Under the pieces are notes generated by a model. That model was not told where the DNA came from and searched no databases. It saw nothing but the letters and a program-made list of their open reading frames with translations. Below, in pieces: positions 18,307 to 27,504 of a stretch of DNA of 64,000 bases. The stretch covers positions 5,066-69,065 of the forward strand of contig JANXVU010000133.1 in NCBI GenBank assembly GCA_025351485.1, read 5' to 3'. The position numbers were made by a program, and so were the translations under genes. This DNA comes from Candidatus Eiseniibacteriota bacterium (lineage in GTDB: Bacteria > Eisenbacteria > RBG-16-71-46 > JACRLI01). Within the stretch, counting starts at the first letter, position 1. Every line of letters begins with the position of its first letter.

Positions 18307-19409
18307 GACGATCCCGCCATGCACCGGAGCGCCGATTCCCGCGCCTCTCGCGCACAGCGCTCCCAGGTGAAAGTTCCCGCCCACTCCACGGCGGCCCGGC
18401 TCATGCTCTCCCGGAGCGGCGCGTCGGTGAGCATCCGGATGAGCCCGGCGGCCAGCGCCCCGGAGCTGCCGTGCTCCACCAGCAGGCCCGTCTCGCGGTC
18501 GCGGACCGATTCGCGGAGCCCGGGGCTGTTGCTGGAGACGCTGGGAGTGCCGCAGGCATTGGCCTCGATCACGGTCAGCCCCCAGCCTTCCTTGGGCGAG
18601 GGGTTCACGGTCACCCAGGCCCGCCGCAGCCAATCCACCTTTTCGGAGGCCGGAATGGCGCCGGTGAACGTGATGTTGGAGGATCCGAGCGCGCGCGCCT
18701 GGCGCTCCAGTTCGCCCTTGTAGGGCCCATCGCCGATCACCACCACCCTGGCCCCGGGCACCGAGGCCCACACCTCGGGCATGGCCTGGACCAGTGTCTG
18801 CACCCCCTTGTACCTGCGCAGCCGGCCCAGGAACACGATGAGCGGCCCGGCTTCCTTGGATCCCCCGGCGGAGTAGCGGCCGTGGTCCATGCCGCAGTAC
18901 ACCACGTCCACCTTCGCGGGATTCACTCCTCGCGCCACCAGGTCGTCCCGGGTGGTTCCGCTGATCGCCAGGAAACGCGAGCGCTTGTACACCGAGGGAA
19001 TGAGCCCCTCCCACGCCACCACGTACATCGCCATGGGCGCGGCCGTCTCCTGGAACACCGTGGTTCCGAACAGGTGCGGCACGATGGCCAGCACCGGGAG
19101 ACGGGTCCAGCTGGGCGCCAGGAACGGGATCTTGTTGATGTCCTCGACCACCAGGTCGTAGGAGCGGCGCTTCAATTCCTGCTTCGCGAGGCCGGCCAGC
19201 GCGAAGTTGGCGTTCCACCACTCGCCGCGCCGCAGGATCCGGACGCCTTCGTAGCTGTCCTCCGCGGCCGCGCCGGGAAAGGACGACGCCAGCAGCGTCA
19301 CCTCGTCGCCACCCTTCACCCAGCGGGTGAGGATTTCCAGCAGGTGGACCTCGGCGCCCCCCGCCTCGGGGTGAGCCAGGTCGCGCCAGTTGAGCGCCAG
19401 CACTTTCAC
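18303..19409 (-). CDS. GT4 (group 1) glycosyltransferase
   Basis: (GTG)KVLALNWRDLAHPEAGGAEVHL.., VFLGRLRRYKGVQTLV, PSPKEGWGLTVIEANACGTPSVSSNSPGLRESV. GTGA overlap at 19406-19409. The long ORF-track N-terminal extension is rejected. Confidence 0.85.
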   Translation of the reverse strand: MKVLALNWRDLAHPEAGGAEVHLLEILTRWVKGGDEVTLLASSFPGAAAEDSYEGVRILRRGEWWNANFALAGLAKQELKRRSYDLVVEDINKIPFLAPSWTRLPVLAIVPHLFGTTVFQETAAPMAMYVVAWEGLIPSVYKRSRFLAISGTTRDDLVARGVNPAKVDVVYCGMDHGRYSAGGSKEAGPLIVFLGRLRRYKGVQTLVQAMPEVWASVPGARVVVIGDGPYKGELERQARALGSSNITFTGAIPASEKVDWLRRAWVTVNPSPKEGWGLTVIEANACGTPSVSSNSPGLRESVRDRETGLLVEHGSSGALAAGLIRMLTDAPLRESMSRAAVEWAGTFTWERCAREARESALRCMAGSS

Positions 19410-20236
19410 CGTGAAGCCGGCTTCCGGGCCTTCACGCCGATGCACATCATGGTGTTCAGCGCCCATCGCCGGGTCTTCAGCCGCTCGCGCATGCCGGTCA
19501 TGAACCGGTCCCAGGCGCTGCCCTTGCCGGGGTAGAGCGGAAGTTGGGTAATGCGAGCCTGGCGCAGCGCGTAGCGCACCGCCCGATACGCGAGCCCCGG
19601 GACCAGCCAGTCGCCGAACGCCCGCTCCACCTTGAATCCGCTCGCTTCGGCCACCCGGGTGAGCCGCGCCACGCTGAACTGCGTCTCCCAGCCGGCGAAC
19701 CACTTGTTCATCGCGATCAGGATCTTTTTCAAGATCGTGTACAGGTGATAGGCCTGCGGCACGTCCACCAGCGCGTAGCCGCCGGGCTTGAGGATGCGGA
19801 AGTTTTCGTCCAGCAGGTCGGCCGGCCGGCGGAAGTGCTCCAGCACGCCCTGGTGGAACAGGATGTCGAAGGAGCCCTCGCGGACCGGCATCCGGGTGGC
19901 GTCGGCCTCGATGTAGATCAGCTTCACGCCGGCCTCTTCCGCGAGGCGCCTGCACACCTCCAGGCTGGAGCGGACGTAGTCCACCACGAACACCGTGGCG
20001 CCCGCCCGGGCCAGGGTGATGCTGTCCCGCCCCGAGCCGGCGCCCACTTCCAGGGCCCACTTGCCCTTGAGTTCCTCGCGGAGCATCTCGCGGGTCAGCC
20101 GGTCCCCGTTGTCGTAGGTCTCCTCGACTTCGGCGTGTTCCTTCCAGTAGCGGTCCCAGTGATCGGGCGTGGAGGCGCGCAAAAATTCTCCGTGTGAGGC
20201 AAATTGGCAGGGTCTGGACCAAAGGACGCGGCGCAC
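19406..20236 (-). CDS. Class I SAM-dependent methyltransferase (first gene of the operon)
   Basis: DHWDRYW, motif I ALEVGAGSGRDS, FHQGVLEHF, LKPGGYALV. The start is uncertain: GTG at 20236, or TTG at 20182, which has GGAGAA 3 nt upstream. Confidence 0.8.
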   Translation of the reverse strand: MRRVLWSRPCQFASHGEFLRASTPDHWDRYWKEHAEVEETYDNGDRLTREMLREELKGKWALEVGAGSGRDSITLARAGATVFVVDYVRSSLEVCRRLAEEAGVKLIYIEADATRMPVREGSFDILFHQGVLEHFRRPADLLDENFRILKPGGYALVDVPQAYHLYTILKKILIAMNKWFAGWETQFSVARLTRVAEASGFKVERAFGDWLVPGLAYRAVRYALRQARITQLPLYPGKGSAWDRFMTGMRERLKTRRWALNTMMCIGVKARKPASR

Positions 20237-20320
20237 CTGGGCCGGCTGCCCGGACCCGCCACGCCTGATTTTGATTCCGGAACCCCTTGAAACGTTGGCA
20301 GGTGGATCGGTGAACGCCCC

Positions 20321-20349
20321 ACGCTAGCACTCCCCCTCCAGAGGGTCAA
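20321..20349 (-). promoter_or_regulatory. Candidate sigma70-type promoter of the glycosylation operon
   Basis: Minus strand reads TTGACC-17 nt-TAGCGT, about 80 nt upstream of GTG 20236. Confidence 0.4.
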
Positions 20350-20405
20350 GCCACGAAACGGCTTGGGCTTGCGCCGATGGGCCGGGTGTGGCAAGGTGCC
20401 TTCCC

Positions 20406-21401
20406 ATGGCTCGCAGACGGATCCTGTTCCTCTATCCCTGGCCGGACACCACCTTCATCCGCAAGGATGAGCTTATCTTATCCCGGCACTTCGACTTGAA
20501 GGTGCTGAGATTCGAGCGCAAGCCGTCCTTCTACCGGGAACTGCACCGGATCCTGAGCCGCCGGGAAGTGGACCTGGCCTTCCTGTGGTTCCTGATGCCG
20601 GATTATGCCGCCCTCACCCTGTGGCTGTGCCGCCGCTACGGCATCAAGTTCGTCCTGGTCACCGGCGGGTATGACGTGGCCAGCATGCCCGAAATCCGTT
20701 TCGGGAACATGCGCAAGGCGCACCACCGGCTCCTGGGCGGATGGGTGATCCGGAATGCCGACATGATCCTGCCCTTCTCCAACCGGGCAGGCGCGGAGGT
20801 CCGGCGATGGGCCGTTCCACGCGGGCGCGTGGAAACGGTATACCCCGGGATCGACACCGAGGCCTTCACCCCTCTCCCGGACGGCGCGCCGCGCTCCGGG
20901 GTGATCACGGTGGGCACGGTGAACCCGCTGTTCAACGTCCAGAAGGGGTTGCTCACGTTCGCGCGGGTCTCGCGGCTGTTGCCGGAGGTGCCTTTCCGGA
21001 TCGTCGGGAAAATCGGGGACGAGGGCGCCGCCGCGGAACTCCGCGCGGCGGGCGGACCCAACCTGGAACTCCTGGGCCGGAGGGTTTCCGATGACGAACT
21101 GAGGGATCTCTACCGCAAGTCTTCCGTCTACGCGCAGCTCAGTGCGCACGAGGGATTCGGGATCGCGGTGGCCGAGGCCATGGCCTGCGGCTCGATCCCG
21201 GTGGTGTGCTCGGGCACGGCCAGTCCCGAAGTGGTGGGCGAGTGCGGGGAGATCTCCCGATTCGGCGACGTGGAGGGCAGCGCCGAAGCGGTCCGGCGCG
21301 CGCTGGCGGCCGATGAAATCCGCAGGGCCGCCGCGCGCGCGCGGGTGGTGGAGATGTTCCGCGAAGAGCTGCGGCCCCGGCGGCTGCTGGAGTTGCTCTG
21401 A
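20406..21401 (+). CDS. GT4 (group 1) glycosyltransferase, divergent from the operon
   Basis: MARRRILFLYPWPD.., VTGGYDV, HEGFGIAVAEAMACGSIPVV. GTG at 20388 is the alternative start. Confidence 0.8.
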   Translation: MARRRILFLYPWPDTTFIRKDELILSRHFDLKVLRFERKPSFYRELHRILSRREVDLAFLWFLMPDYAALTLWLCRRYGIKFVLVTGGYDVASMPEIRFGNMRKAHHRLLGGWVIRNADMILPFSNRAGAEVRRWAVPRGRVETVYPGIDTEAFTPLPDGAPRSGVITVGTVNPLFNVQKGLLTFARVSRLLPEVPFRIVGKIGDEGAAAELRAAGGPNLELLGRRVSDDELRDLYRKSSVYAQLSAHEGFGIAVAEAMACGSIPVVCSGTASPEVVGECGEISRFGDVEGSAEAVRRALAADEIRRAAARARVVEMFREELRPRRLLELL

Positions 21402-21453
21402 TCCGCCGCGCCCGCGCCCGGTAGAGGGGCGCGAACGCGGAGACCCGCACGCT

Positions 21454-22794
21454 TCAGTTCTTCCAGATCCGCTCATACCATCTTCGCCCGCCCGCCGAGT
21501 TCGCACCCACGGCGTCTTCCCCCGTGCTCATACGGTGGCGAATCTCCCCCATGCCCCAGCCGGTCAGGCCCGCCAGCGCCCGCGCCTCCTCGCCCTTGCG
21601 CCGCCGCAGTTGCTCGTAGTAGGAGCGCGCGCCGTCGCAGCCTGCCGCGGAACCCTTCCACGGGTGGCGCATCACGTAGCGGGCCTGGAAGCTCTGCTGG
21701 TCGCTCGTCTCCTGGAACACCAGGTCCTCGGGGAAGTGCTCGCGGTCGTAGCGCACGTGGAGCCGGGTCAGGAACACCGGCGCCGGGCCGCCCCGCGTGG
21801 CGGCATCCTCCACCCAGAAAACTCCCAGGCCGCGCAGTTCTTCATTTGAAAGCGGCGGGGCCGCGCACGGATCGCACCAGTTCATGGGCCAGGCGTACTC
21901 GGTGAAGACCGCTTCGCGGGAGGCGTTCTCCACCTGCCGGTCGAACAGCGCGTGGTAGAAATCCCCGAACCCGTCCTTCACGTACAGCGGAATGTCCATT
22001 CCGGTCGGGACCTTCACGTTGCGGTAGTTGGTGGACTCCACCCGCCCGCTCTTCGTGATCACGAACACCAGCAGGTCCTGGGGACCCTGGGCGTTCACCG
22101 TGCCCAGGCGGATCGGGAGCATGAATTTGGGGCTCTCGTAGGCCACCTGGATGGGCCGCAGGGTTTCAAAGCCCAGCTTCGACTGCTCCTTCAGGTTCAC
22201 TTTGGCCACGAAGAAGTGCATGTTCTGGCGGATGTAGCTTCCCAGCACCTCCTCGGCGCCCGCCGGCAGCCGATACCCCTCGCGCCGGAGCCAGGTGCCG
22301 AGCCCGGAGCTCTGCGTGGCCGACAGGATCAGGATGTCGTACTCGCCCACGGTGTAGCGGGCTTCGATCCGGACCCCGAGAGCGTCGTCCCGGGCCGCGC
22401 CGGCGCTGCTCTTCATCATCAGGAGACCGGCCGCGGGAGCGGACATGGCGCGCTCTTCCCGGACCCCGCAGGGATCTTCGTCGAAGTACTCCACCAGGCG
22501 CGGCGCGCTGAAGGAGTCCAGGTGGTCCAGCAGGGCGGTCTCGCCGATGTGCACCTGTTCCTTCGTGATCACCGTGGGCACCGGGATCACCACCGCGAAC
22601 TCTTTCAGGTCGCCCTTGAAGTCGCTCGACATGGTGACCACGGTGCGGTCGCCGTCGCGCGCCAGCGCCACGCGCGACGCCTTGTTGAACAACCGGGCGT
22701 CGGCCTGGGCCACGTAGAAGCCACAGAACGCTCGCGCGGGCGGCGCGCTAGCGGCCGGCAGCAGGAACAGCAGAGGGATCCAGATTCGTTTCAC
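21454..22794 (-). CDS. Secreted DUF2330-like protein
   Basis: GTG start with AGGAG upstream. Signal peptide (M)KRIWIPLLFLLPAASAPPARA followed by FCGFYVAQADARLFNKASRVAL..VIPVP, which resembles the DUF2330 N-terminus. 446 aa. Confidence 0.65.
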   Translation of the reverse strand: MKRIWIPLLFLLPAASAPPARAFCGFYVAQADARLFNKASRVALARDGDRTVVTMSSDFKGDLKEFAVVIPVPTVITKEQVHIGETALLDHLDSFSAPRLVEYFDEDPCGVREERAMSAPAAGLLMMKSSAGAARDDALGVRIEARYTVGEYDILILSATQSSGLGTWLRREGYRLPAGAEEVLGSYIRQNMHFFVAKVNLKEQSKLGFETLRPIQVAYESPKFMLPIRLGTVNAQGPQDLLVFVITKSGRVESTNYRNVKVPTGMDIPLYVKDGFGDFYHALFDRQVENASREAVFTEYAWPMNWCDPCAAPPLSNEELRGLGVFWVEDAATRGGPAPVFLTRLHVRYDREHFPEDLVFQETSDQQSFQARYVMRHPWKGSAAGCDGARSYYEQLRRRKGEEARALAGLTGWGMGEIRHRMSTGEDAVGANSAGGRRWYERIWKN

Positions 22795-23635
22795 GGGAGG
22801 CTCCTTTCGGGACGTCCGCCGCGGCCTGTCGGCTCCGCGCCCACTCGTAGCGCGGCCCGGGCAGCAGCCTGTTGAGGATCGGCACCACGGGGCTGAGAGC
22901 CACCAGCGCCCAAACGGGCCCGCTGGTGTGGAACATGCGGAACTGCCAGTACCAGCCGGCCCATGCCACCAGGAACGCGAAGATCACGCGGCCCAGGCGC
23001 GACTCCGGAGTGGTGCGGGGATCGGAGATCATGAAGAACGTGAAGAGGAGCAGGGAGCCGCTCATGAGCCGGTGGGCGGGAATGGTGAGCGGCTCGCCCA
23101 GGTGGAGCGAACGGGCCGCCAGGAAGGCCGCGTAGAAGGCGAGGAATGCCAGGCTCACGTCGCTGCGCATGGCCCGGTTCACCACCAACCCGCCGAGGCA
23201 GGCCACCAGCAGCGCGAAAAAGGCCGGGTTGCCCCACTGCCCCGGGGAAATCCAGGCGTCGCGGCTCAGCAGCATCATGGAAACGATGGCCAGGTTGGTC
23301 GGATTGAACACGTGCCGCCCGTTCACCCGGACCAGGAACTTGCCCGCGATGGCCACCACCGCGGCCAGGGCGGCGATCCAGGGATTCCCGGTGCGTAAGA
23401 GCAGGCACAGGCTGAGCGCGGAGATCAGCGCGCTGCGGGGGTCATAGGGTCCGGCGCGAAAGGCCCGCCCGCAGGCGTACTGCGCCCCCAGGGCCGTGAG
23501 AAGGACGAGCGCGATGCGCACCGGGGTGACGTCGAACCGGAGCACGAATACTCCGTACAGCAGGAGCAGGGACAGCACCGCGATCTGGTAGTGGCGCGGA
23601 TCGGAGCGGCGCACGGACGCGAAGATTCTGGACAT
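22748..23635 (-). CDS. RnfD/NqrB-like polytopic membrane protein
   Basis: ATG at 23635 with GGGAGGA upstream. RHVFNPTNLAIV and FFMISDPRTTP resemble RnfD/NqrB conserved loops. About 8 TM helices. The 3' end overlaps the DUF2330 gene by 47 nt. Confidence 0.6.
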   Translation of the reverse strand: MSRIFASVRRSDPRHYQIAVLSLLLLYGVFVLRFDVTPVRIALVLLTALGAQYACGRAFRAGPYDPRSALISALSLCLLLRTGNPWIAALAAVVAIAGKFLVRVNGRHVFNPTNLAIVSMMLLSRDAWISPGQWGNPAFFALLVACLGGLVVNRAMRSDVSLAFLAFYAAFLAARSLHLGEPLTIPAHRLMSGSLLLFTFFMISDPRTTPESRLGRVIFAFLVAWAGWYWQFRMFHTSGPVWALVALSPVVPILNRLLPGPRYEWARSRQAAADVPKGASRETNLDPSAVPAAGR

Positions 23636-23807
23636 GATGGATCCTCCCTCGAACTTTTCCAGCAGCGTGTCTGGAGGGATGACGTTCGGGAGGGGGATCT
23701 ATTCCAATGGATCGGAAGAAACGGAGGGTCTGCCTGCGGAGGGTGGCGAATTCGGGGGCGGCGCCTGGGGGAAGTCTACACCCGCCGGGGTGGAATTGGA
23801 ACCGCAG

Positions 23808-24545
23808 CTACTCTCCCCAGGCCAGCCTGCTGGCGAGGATTTCGGGCAGCTTGGCGGCGCGGATCTTGGCCTGGGCCGCCTCGACGTCATACGTGACCCG
23901 GTTGACGGTCACCGTGCGGGCCTCGCCGTCCAGCAGGCACCACGCGCCGCGCGGGTCGCCGTCCCGGGGCTGCCCGACGCTCCCCACGTTGACCAGGTAT
24001 CTCGCATCGGGCTCCAGGGTGGCGGCGAGGGCGCGGTGAAAGATCACCTCTCCACCCCGCTCCACGAAAATCCCCGGCACGTGCGAGTGGCCCACGAAGA
24101 TCAATTTGTCGGGGCAGGACCGGAAGGCCGCAGCGGCGTCGTGCTCGGAGAGCACGTAGTGCCAGTCGTTGGGATGGTAGGGCGAGGCGTGAACCAGCAG
24201 CGCCTCGACGTCCCCGGTGAGCAGCGGAAAGGACATGGGAGCCCGCTCCAGGTAATCGCGGGTCGGCTCGTCCATGACTTTCTGGGTCCACAGCGCGGCC
24301 ATGCGGGCCACCGAGTTGAAGTGCTCGATGTGGCCCTTGCCCAGGCACGCTTCGTCGTGGTTGCCCAGCACCCGGGCCTCGGCGATTTCCGAGATGCGGG
24401 TGCAGCACTCGTTCGGATTGGCTCCGTAGCCCACGATGTCGCCCAGACAGAAAATGCGCTGGATGTGGGCGGCTTCGATGTCCCGAAGCACCGCTTCCAG
24501 CGCCTCAAAATTGGCGTGAATGTCCGAAAGGATGGCGAACTTCAA
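23808..24545 (-). CDS. Metallophosphoesterase (YfcE/MJ0936-like)
   Basis: (TTG)KFAILSDIHAN, CLGDIVGYG, GNHD, FVGHSH, NVGSVGQPRDGD. TTGA overlap with the nusB stop. Confidence 0.85.
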   Translation of the reverse strand: MKFAILSDIHANFEALEAVLRDIEAAHIQRIFCLGDIVGYGANPNECCTRISEIAEARVLGNHDEACLGKGHIEHFNSVARMAALWTQKVMDEPTRDYLERAPMSFPLLTGDVEALLVHASPYHPNDWHYVLSEHDAAAAFRSCPDKLIFVGHSHVPGIFVERGGEVIFHRALAATLEPDARYLVNVGSVGQPRDGDPRGAWCLLDGEARTVTVNRVTYDVEAAQAKIRAAKLPEILASRLAWGE

Positions 24546-25111
24546 CTCTCGTCCTTCTGGCCTGTCCGGCCCCCGCCCGACCGGGGCCTGGCGCGCCCGG
24601 AACCCTCCACCGGCTCCTCTTCCACCTCGAAGTTCGTCGCCCCGCGTCCGGCCCGGATTTCTTCCGGCAGGTCGGGAGTGTCCTTCGGTGGACCTGGGAG
24701 CTTGACCTCGCGCGGGTCAACGGGAAGCCGGTCCAGAATGCCGTTCACGAAGCGTCCTGAATCGGGGCCCGATAGCTCCTTGGCCAGTTCGATCGCCTCG
24801 TCCAGCACGACCGCGCGGGGCACGTCCGGGCTGAACCAAAGCTCTGAGGCCGCCCATCTTAGCACATTCCTGTCGGTGGCCGCCATCCGCTTGAGGCTCC
24901 AGTGCTGGGACTGGGCCTCGAGGGCCGCATCCACCGTGGCCTGGTGCTCCACGAACTGGTGGAGCAGGTAGGTCAGGTACGTCCGGCCCCGCTCGCTCAC
25001 CTTGGCGGAGTCGAGCACGTTCTTGAGCGCGTCCTCGACGTCTTCCCCCACCACTTCGGCCTGGTACAGTGCCCGGACCCCGAGTTCGCGGAGCCTTCGC
25101 CGTTCACCCAC
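24542..25111 (-). CDS. nusB: Transcription antitermination factor NusB with ~50-aa acidic/Pro-rich C-terminal tail
   Basis: RELGVRALYQAEVVG.., DRNVLRWAASEL, PRAVVLDEAIELAKELSGPDSGRFVNGILDRL. The GTG start at 25111 overlaps ribH by 8 nt. Confidence 0.8.
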   Translation of the reverse strand: MGERRRLRELGVRALYQAEVVGEDVEDALKNVLDSAKVSERGRTYLTYLLHQFVEHQATVDAALEAQSQHWSLKRMAATDRNVLRWAASELWFSPDVPRAVVLDEAIELAKELSGPDSGRFVNGILDRLPVDPREVKLPGPPKDTPDLPEEIRAGRGATNFEVEEEPVEGSGRARPRSGGGRTGQKDES

Positions 25112-25592
25112 GTGTTGTCTCCGCTCGCCGCGAGAGGTCGCGATAAAGATGGGCCATCTCGAGCGCGGCCCGCGCCACCTCGCCACCCTTGTCCTGGCGG
25201 TCGGGATGGGCGCGTTCCAGCGCCTGCTCGTCATTTTCGGTGGTCAGCACCCCGAACACCACCGGGATGTCCGACCCGCGGGAAAGTTCCGCGATGCCGC
25301 GGGCGCATTCGCCGGCGACGAAGTCGTAGTGGGTGGTTTCCCCGCGGATCACCGCCCCGAGGGCGATCACCGCGTCCAGGCCACCCTGGCGGATCCGGAA
25401 CGCGGCCGCCCCGGCGAGTTCGAACGCGCCGGGCACCGAGATCATCTCGAGATTCTCCTCGGCCACGCCGGCTGCCCGCAGGGCCGCGGTCGCCCCCCGC
25501 AGCAGCAACTGACCATACTCTTCATTGAAGCGGCTGACCAGCACGCACACTAGAAGACCCTCGCCGTCCACCCTGCCGCGGTATTCCTTCAA
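25104..25592 (-). CDS. ribH: 6,7-dimethyl-8-ribityllumazine synthase
   Basis: VCVLVSRFNEEY.., VPGAFELAGAA, LGAVIRGETTHYDFVA, PVVFGVLTTEN. TTG at 25592 with GGAGAG upstream; TTGA overlap with the ribBA stop. Confidence 0.9.
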   Translation of the reverse strand: MKEYRGRVDGEGLLVCVLVSRFNEEYGQLLLRGATAALRAAGVAEENLEMISVPGAFELAGAAAFRIRQGGLDAVIALGAVIRGETTHYDFVAGECARGIAELSRGSDIPVVFGVLTTENDEQALERAHPDRQDKGGEVARAALEMAHLYRDLSRRAETTRG

Positions 25593-26917
25593 CGGACTCT
25601 CCTGCGTCCCTCGCCGCGTGCGGCGGGCGCGGGGGCTTCCGGCGCCAGCAGATGGCCGAGCTTTTCGCGCTTGGTTTCCAGGTAGCGCCGGTTGGCCGCG
25701 TGGGCAGGCATCTGGATGGGCACGCGGGCCACCACCTTGAGCCCGTGGCCCTCCAGGCCCACGACCTTGCGCGGATTGTTGGTCAGGAGCCGCACGTTGC
25801 GCAGCCCCAGGTCGCGCAGGATCTGCGCGCCCACACCGTAGTCGCGAAGGTCGGCCGGAAAGCCCAGCTTGAGGTTGGCCTCGACGGTATCGTAGCCCTG
25901 GTCCTGCAGCGCGTAGGCCCGCAGCTTGTTCGCCAGGCCGATGCCGCGCCCCTCCTGCCGCATGTACAGGAACACCCCGCGTCCGCTGGCGGCGATGCGC
26001 TTCATGGCCTCGTCCCGCTGCTCTCCACAGTCGCACCGCTGCGAGTGCAGCACGTCGCCGGTCAGGCACTGCGAGTGGACCCGCACCAGCACCGGCGCCG
26101 CACCGCTCACGTTGCCCCGCACCAGGGCCACGTGGTGGTCTCCGTCGATGCGGCTCTCGTACAGGTACATGTCGAAGTCGCCCCACTCGGTGGGCAGCTT
26201 GGTCTTCACGATGCAGTCCACCATGCGCTCGCGCGCCCGGCGCCAGGTGATGAGGTCGGCCACCGTGATGATCTTCAGGCGGTGCTTCCGGGCCAGGGCC
26301 TTGAGCTGCGGCACGCGGGCCATCTCGCCGTTGGGGGCCATGATCTCGCACACCACCGCGACCGGGTTCAACCCGGCCATCCGGGCCAGGTCCACGGCCG
26401 CCTCGGTGTGGCCGGCGCGGCGCAGCACGCCACCCTCGTCGGCCCGGATCGGAAAGATGTGGCCGGGCCGGGCGAACTCGTCGGGCCGGGTGCGGGGCGA
26501 GGCCAGCTTGCGGAGCGTCGAGGCGCGGTCGGCGGCGGAGATGCCGGTGGTGATGCCGGGGCCGCGCGCATCCACCGAAACCGTGAAGGAGGTGCCGGCC
26601 AGCGCGGTGTTCTCGGCGGCCATGTCGCGGAGCTCCAGCCGTTCCAGCCAGTCCGCGGCCATGGGCGCGCACATCAGCCCGCGCGCGTGCACGGTCATGA
26701 AGTTGACCGCCTCGGGCGTGATCTTTTCGGCGGCCATGACCAGGTCGCCTTCGTTCTCGCGACCCGGATCGTCCACCACCACGATCATGCGTCCGCGGCG
26801 AATGTCGGCGATGGCCTCATCGACGCTCGAAAAGCCCCTGGTGGGCTTGATGCTCGGCGCGGTCTTTCCCATGGAACCCTTTCGCAAAGCAGAGGACTTC
26901 TTCGTCATCGTGCTCAT
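25589..26917 (-). CDS. ribBA: Bifunctional 3,4-dihydroxy-2-butanone-4-phosphate synthase / GTP cyclohydrolase II
   Basis: MIVVVDDPGRENEGDLVMAAE, GHIFP, RVHSQCLTGDVLHSQRCDCGEQ, YMRQEGRGIGL. 442 aa. Confidence 0.95.
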   Translation of the reverse strand: MSTMTKKSSALRKGSMGKTAPSIKPTRGFSSVDEAIADIRRGRMIVVVDDPGRENEGDLVMAAEKITPEAVNFMTVHARGLMCAPMAADWLERLELRDMAAENTALAGTSFTVSVDARGPGITTGISAADRASTLRKLASPRTRPDEFARPGHIFPIRADEGGVLRRAGHTEAAVDLARMAGLNPVAVVCEIMAPNGEMARVPQLKALARKHRLKIITVADLITWRRARERMVDCIVKTKLPTEWGDFDMYLYESRIDGDHHVALVRGNVSGAAPVLVRVHSQCLTGDVLHSQRCDCGEQRDEAMKRIAASGRGVFLYMRQEGRGIGLANKLRAYALQDQGYDTVEANLKLGFPADLRDYGVGAQILRDLGLRNVRLLTNNPRKVVGLEGHGLKVVARVPIQMPAHAANRRYLETKREKLGHLLAPEAPAPAARGEGRRRVR

Positions 26918-27504
26918 CCTTTGTATTCCATCAGGCGCGCCACATAGCGCGCGATCAGATCCACTTCCAGGTTCACCTCTGAGCCCTCGCGGTAGTCCGA
27001 GGCCACCGTCACCGCCAGCGTGTGAGGGATCAGGTAGACCGAGGCCCGCCGGCCGGCCACTTCACCCACGGTGAGGCTCACCCCGTCCACGCAGATCGAG
27101 CCCTTGGGCGCGACGTAGCGCGCCAGATCCTCGGGAAGTTCCAGTTCCGCCCGGGTTTCGGTGGGCGACGCTTCCAGCCGGGTTAGCCGGCCGACGCCGT
27201 CCACATGCCCGGCCACCAGGTGCCCGCCGATTTCCGCGCCCATGCGCAGGGAGCGTTCCAAGTTCACGCGCGAGCCGGGCGCGAGCGAGCCCAGGGTCGT
27301 GCGCCGGAGCGTTTCGTCCATGGAGCGCGCGGTGAATTGCCCCGCGCGGCTCTCCAGCACCGTGTGGCACACGCCCGAGACGCTCACGCTGCTGCCCACC
27401 TCCAGCGCGGGCCAGGGCGGAGCCAGGATGGTGAAGAGCATCCCCAAAGGTTCCTTCACCGCCCCCCCCACCGTGCCCACCGTTTCCACCAGTCCCGTAA
27501 ACAC
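26914..27504 (-). CDS. ribE: Riboflavin synthase alpha chain
   Basis: (GTG)FTGLVETVGTV.., VSVSGVCHTV, ICVDGVSLTV. 196 aa. Confidence 0.92.
   Translation of the reverse strand: MFTGLVETVGTVGGAVKEPLGMLFTILAPPWPALEVGSSVSVSGVCHTVLESRAGQFTARSMDETLRRTTLGSLAPGSRVNLERSLRMGAEIGGHLVAGHVDGVGRLTRLEASPTETRAELELPEDLARYVAPKGSICVDGVSLTVGEVAGRRASVYLIPHTLAVTVASDYREGSEVNLEVDLIARYVARLMEYKG

Noticed and set aside
20237-20405. Plus-strand promoter for the divergent GT4 gene
   Set aside because: Only poor -10 candidates follow the TTGAAA and TTGGCA hexamers, so it is not reported as a feature.
23636-23807. 172-nt intergenic region examined for an sRNA, riboswitch or terminator
   Set aside because: Nothing recognisable beyond the SD of the downstream gene. 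No strong hairpin or conserved motif was seen.
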